A stretch of DNA of 64,000 nt, taken from assembly GCA_036172245.1 (NCBI GenBank), contig JAYWIR010000003.1:7130001-7194000 (forward strand), written 5' to 3'. Below the pieces are notes generated by a model. The model was not told where the DNA came from. It did not search any database and saw only the letters and a program-made list of their open reading frames with translations. The translations under genes and the position numbers were made by a program. The stretch comes from Raillietiella orientalis (taxonomy: Eukaryota). This document shows positions 58,934 to 64,000 of the stretch, piece by piece (within the stretch, counting starts at the first letter, position 1; each line of letters opens with the position of its first letter).

Positions 58934-61229
58934 TCCGCCAGGCACGGAGCGAATGGAAAGAAAGAGCTAATGGGAGCAGGTAGCGCCGAAAGACGCAGCA
59001 TCCGGACCGCGTTCGTCGCCGTCGGACATTAGAGGAGGATTCACGCAAGCGGATGCCGTAACGAGCGGGTCCAGCCGATGAGCCGAACGGAAGGGAGAGG
59101 AGACGAGGCCGTTGGGAAAAGAACCCTGCTGGGATGGCGCTCCTGAGGGTCCTCTACATCTCCGGATTCGCCTCCGCGGTGGAGGGATGTCTCTCTCAGA
59201 GCTCCGGAATCCAGCAGTCTCTTTCCTTCTTCCTTCATCCTTCCCGAAGATCGCGGGACGCAGGCACGCTTGTCCCAGGAGGACCGTTCAGGTTCGGCTC
59301 GTCCTCCGCCCTGGGATTCGGATCGGATCAGGGACAGGGAAGAGGGTGGAAGCCCCGTGTGCGACGCCGCCGCTCCGGGAGCCAGCAGTAGCGGCCGGAA
59401 GCGCAGGTTCCCTCCCCCCTCTACTTGGAGGAGTGGGAAGGGAGGAACGCACTCCGTCTGAGTTCTCGGGCTGACTAGCTGCGGAGAGAGCGTACGGCAT
59501 CTCTGCTGACCCTCAGAGAGCAACATCTTCCTCGCCTCAGTCCATTCGGATTCTGGTAGGATTTTTTTTTTTTCTGTAAACGGAGTTTTGCAGAGGAGCT
59601 ACGCGCACATCCTCTCCGTGGACCGTTAGCAGAGGCCGCCCACCTGGGTTCCGAGGAGCGCGTGCCCCGGCTTCTTGTGATGCTGGAGTGGTTAGCCGCC
59701 TGACCCCGAGGTCGGGGTGATGACGACGCCCTCGGATCTGGACAGCCCCGAAGCCCAAACTTGCTGCTGCTCCAGGAAGGACGGAGACTTTTGCCTCCCT
59801 GACCTCGTTCCCCTCGGGCTGAACCTTCGGATCTTCCACCGTGGCTTCGCGCCCTATCGCACACCCCAGAGAGTGGAAGGTAAGGGAACAGGGCTGACCC
59901 ACACGGGTCAGCGTAGGAATGCAGGGGCTTCTAAACCCTCGAAAGAGCCTTGGCAGGTCCCCAAGAAATTTTCGAGGGGCGCCCCTTTCTTCTGTACCCT
60001 GCAAGCATTCAGCAACGCTGTCCCCTGTGCTGGAAACCCTCTCGTGGCGAGGACCCACGTCGTGCCTCCTAAGAGCTGGGCAAATGTCGGCTAGCGAAAC
60101 GTTTGGAAGGAGACCCGGGACGGTCCGGACCCGGAAGCGTAGCAGCGGCTCCGACAAAGCTTTTGCGCCGCCATGTATCCCGGCAACGCTCTGGGGAGTC
60201 GGCCGGTCGAGAAGTATGGCTCTCCCGTTTCCCTCCCACGCACGGCGCACTTCACTCCGCGAGTTCGGGGAGGAGGAAGGGGAGAGGGAGAGGCGCAGTC
60301 GGGGGGAGAGTTGGGCGCGTCTGAACCGCTTCGCGGACCAAGTCAATTTCGCCACTGTCCCGCTGAAGGTTCTGCGACCTTCTTCCATCATCCGACCTTC
60401 CGCCCATCCTCCACCTTCTCGCGCGCCAGCGGTGACCTCCCTCCGAACGACCACCCCCCTCTGGACTCCTTCGGACGGGGTGGCTCTCCGCGCGCCTATT
60501 GGCGCCTGAGACCAGTCCTCATTGTCCGGCTTTCCATCCCTCGAGGGGCCCTTCGGCACCCCTGTTTAAACGCTGCCAGTGGCCGGTCATGACTGTCACC
60601 CGGGTGTGCCGGGGTATTTATCTAAAATAAACATTCTCAATCTCTGTGGCTGGGCAGGTGGTCAAACCACGTCCCTTTTACTGAGCTCCTGCCTGGTGAC
60701 GGGTTCTCAGACCAGTAAGGTCTGCCCTGGCAGCAGAGGGAAGGGGGCAAACAAAGGGAAAAGGAAGCAAAAATAAGTAAATAAACTGGGAGGCGCGGCA
60801 AGGGATCACGCCCTTCTGGGGGCAGTCCTCAGCATCCTTTGAAGGATGCCGGCAAGCCCTTGCTGCAAGCAGTGCTTCATCTGCGGTCATCTCGTTGCCA
60901 TCCTAATGAAGAGGACAGCACAGTGGATGTGTCATCATTGTCGCTGTGCCCTCCTTTAACATCGCTCCAGAAAGCGACGATCCCGCGTAGGCAGCAGAGG
61001 TTTGCTAGAGAGTGGCCGGTGAGGAGAGGACTCTTCACGTAGTTGGCGCCATCATCAACCGCCACTGCAGCGCCCAGGCTGGAGAAGGGGAGATCTATCG
61101 GTAGTTCGGTAGCCTACAGCCAACTCCATCCCATGGATGAGCCACGGTGAGACCAGTGGGATCCAGAACGGAAATGAGGGTTGCAAGAGTCTCCAAAAAG
61201 TGTGCTGGAAGCACTAGCAGCCTGTGATT

Positions 61230-62260
61230 CTGCCCTTCTTCTTCGAGACGGCTGACCCTGAAGAACTCTCGATACCGAGCATCCGTGCTATGTGATGGAA
61301 GACCATTCCACGGGTCATGCCATGTGTCCCTCGCGTACAAGTTATTTGGCAAAACCTCGGGGCACGAGGGCGAATACGCCACGAGTCCTACGGCTTTCCA
61401 CGAGAGGATGAAGAACGACGCCAGAGGCGTTCGCTCCCAGAGGGGAGCATTCTTGAGGGAGCCTGATCTTGCGAACCCGCTAGAACTCTTCTCTTTCTCC
61501 CCTCCCCCTTGCGGGACTCCAGGGAGACTTGGGAAAGAGACGAACTTTTTGCATTCCCTCGATCCTCGAAGTTCGCTTCCACAATCTTTCCGCAGATGCC
61601 GCACAGTCGGGCCGTGCGCGAGTGGGATGCTGTGCCAGTGAGGAAACGCTCCTCCTACTCCCCAGAGCAAAACGACTCTGCAGCCGGTTTTTTCCAACAC
61701 CGCTGCCTTGCACTCACTCCCACTTGCCGCGAAAGTTATCGGTGTATCCCGGAAGCCAAGCTGCTGCCTCGGATTTCGCGAACACCAACGCGGAGATGAT
61801 ATCTTCTTGTCAACCTCCCCCCCCTCCCATCCATCCAGAAGGGAAAAGTCCTCGCGTCCGCTCCCCTCCCCCTCCTGGAGGTCGACTTACTCGCCCAGCC
61901 GTCGTTACCTATCCTTGCGAGTTTAATGGACTGCAAGGGACTGGACTCACTCCCCCAACAGCAACAGCTTTCTCCTGTCTCACGCCCTCCCGGATGTCCA
62001 TTAATTCAAGGGAACGTGCCTTTTTGAGCTGCGGGACTGCTGCCCCCTTTCCACGGGTTTTCTCGACCCTTCGAGACATCCGTGGTTTTCGGAAAGCCAC
62101 GCTTGCAGCTTGCTGATGTCCTTAAGTTCGCAAAGGGCTCTCTTCCAGTCACTCTGCCCACTGATGCAAAAGCAATCAGCAAGGAGCCATCAGTTGCAAG
62201 AGCCTCCATGCACATTAGGTCACACGGGGACGAGGAAGTGTCCTCACCCGATTTTCCCCT
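61230..62260 (-). mobile_element. Decayed CR1-like LINE RT and C-terminus
   Basis: In order on -: SSPCDLM, GREPFANL, FRKP, QEKAVAVGGVS, GVPQG, WNGLPSHSTDA...FFRVSRL. Confidence 0.5.
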
Positions 62261-64000
62261 TTCCACGAGCTCCCATCCCTGAAAAGAGACAAGCAGCCTC
62301 CACCCTCGAAGACTATCAGTGAATCCCTCCTCACTCCGACAGTAATGACGGCAGGCGGCAGAACGCAGTCGATTCCTCGGAGCGACAGGTGGCGCCATCC
62401 TGTCTGGATCTTCAAGGAGATCCAGCCAGGCACACAAGGGCGAGCACAGAACAGCGCTCTAGATAGCCTCTGGCTCTCGGCTGGAGAACAGAAGCAGCTT
62501 TCTTCTCTGTTACCCCTTCTCTGTTCCTTCTCTGGACCCAAGCTACCGTCAGGTATCCGGCTTCCCACGGTTGGCCACTCCACGGCAAAGAAACGGGAGC
62601 AGTCTGCGAATGAGATGACAGTTTCCGTGGACTCCACCGTGATGGTGACCTGACACACTGTCCGAGGAACAAGCTGGCTGAGGCAACCACCCCTAGAGAC
62701 TACCCTGCGGCATCGGGATGAGTAAGGGAGAGACAGAAAGAGAGTCAAGGACTCGTACCCGAAGTGCAGCATCCCACATCCAAAACGTTGTGGAACCAAT
62801 CCGCCTCTTCCGGGCATCATCGATTTTTTTTTTTTCCGATGGCGACCAGTACCAGCTTTGAGGGAAGGTGCCTGCCCTTCGTCTTGCAGGAGAGGCCAAG
62901 ACGCCGCACGGGCGCATGCGCACTTGGACGTACGCGAGCGCAACGGAGCCACCCGGTCCGCTGGAGGTGCCGCGTCAATGGGTCCCTCCCAGGAGGAAAC
63001 GCGGCGAAGACGACGAAGAAACGGCTCCACAGGGAAGCATCTTGAATCGTCCTCTTCCCAATATTCTCCGAGACCCTTTCCGCGTCACCAGCTTCAGTAT
63101 ACCTACCATTTAGACAGCCCTCCTCCCTGGAAGTACCGGACCACCAGTATTCGGTCTGCGCTCTCCGAGCTGAAGATGAGCACCTGAAGTGGATTCCAGA
63201 CTAGACCGTCTGAACCGAGATCCCAGTGACATGGTGACGCACTTCCTGCTGCAGCACGCGAGTCGGAATAGCCGGGTTCTGAGCTAGCTCCCGTAAGAGA
63301 GGAAGCCGTCCTTCCTCTTGGGCTCATGCGAAGCCTGCATACGGCTGCAGGACGGCTCACCCTCTCGGAGAAACGCCGACCCTCCCGAATGGGTTGCACC
63401 AAAGGAGCGGGAAACCATTCCGTGACAAGGGTGGTTTGGCTGCACGGAGGCAACAGGGCTTGTGCAGAAAAAAAATCTTTGGCTGCTAGAAAAAAAGAAA
63501 GGTTGCGTTCCCTGGAAACTACAGTTCCTGTTTTTGACCCTTTCAAGGAGGGAAGTGCTCTCGAAAGCATCCGCCTCCAAAGAAGAGCATGGGGTCATCG
63601 AAAATGACCGAGATCCCAATCGAAGGAATCCTGAACTGGCTTCCGTTGACATCATCGAAAAGGCGCGAGGCGAGATGCCTTCATTCATCTCTGACAGTCC
63701 CCAGTCGATCCCCTGGAGGGGCTGCTGTTTGCTCACTCCTTCCTGCCGATCGCTGCTTCTCCCCCCCCCCTTCTCTTCCAGCGCTCCAGCTGCCGCGCCA
63801 TCTCGCGGAAACCCTGCCGAACCTTCGTCATGCTGAGCCTTCGCGAGCCTCACGGAGCGGGGCAGGCACTCTTCCGCGACCCTCTTGTCTGCTTCCGCCA
63901 CCCTCCTCCACGGAAGAACGGACTCCGCCTGTCAGTCAGGGACGCTCCCTGACAATGGAATTCGACGCGTCGCTCCCTGGAGCTCCGCCGATACGTCCGT

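Noticed and set aside
1..64000. CRISPR arrays, operons, rRNA, tRNA
   Set aside because: None seen; the genes are eukaryotic and intron-containing, and there is no repeat-spacer periodicity.

Overview
This window is eukaryotic, most likely from an invertebrate animal. It is GC- and CpG-rich, with GT-AG introns as short as 40-53 nt and many decayed CR1-like LINE fragments. Most of the six-frame ORFs are GC-driven noise. I could reconstruct two spliced genes by hand, with consistent splice phases. (1) On the + strand, a 16-exon discoidin domain receptor tyrosine kinase (21346-39301, 931 aa): signal peptide, discoidin (DS) and DS-like domains, TM helix and kinase. Its DFG motif is NFG and it has a basic insert after the catalytic Lys. 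(2) On the - strand, a 6-exon gene (52788-47045, 1665 aa) fusing a complete DEAH-box RNA helicase, KH- and RRM-like RNA-binding modules and a RING1-IBR-RING2 (RBR) E3 ubiquitin ligase. This is the plant DEAH11/12-type architecture, and it is the best candidate for an undescribed system: an RNA-gated ubiquitin ligase. It lies in an AT-rich, CpG-depleted block that looks like a gene-body-methylated domain. Also present: a gap-free 185-bp direct repeat with mitochondrial-like composition, two near-perfect hairpins, homeodomain-site clusters and a polypyrimidine tandem array. All family assignments come from motif recognition by eye; no searches were run.
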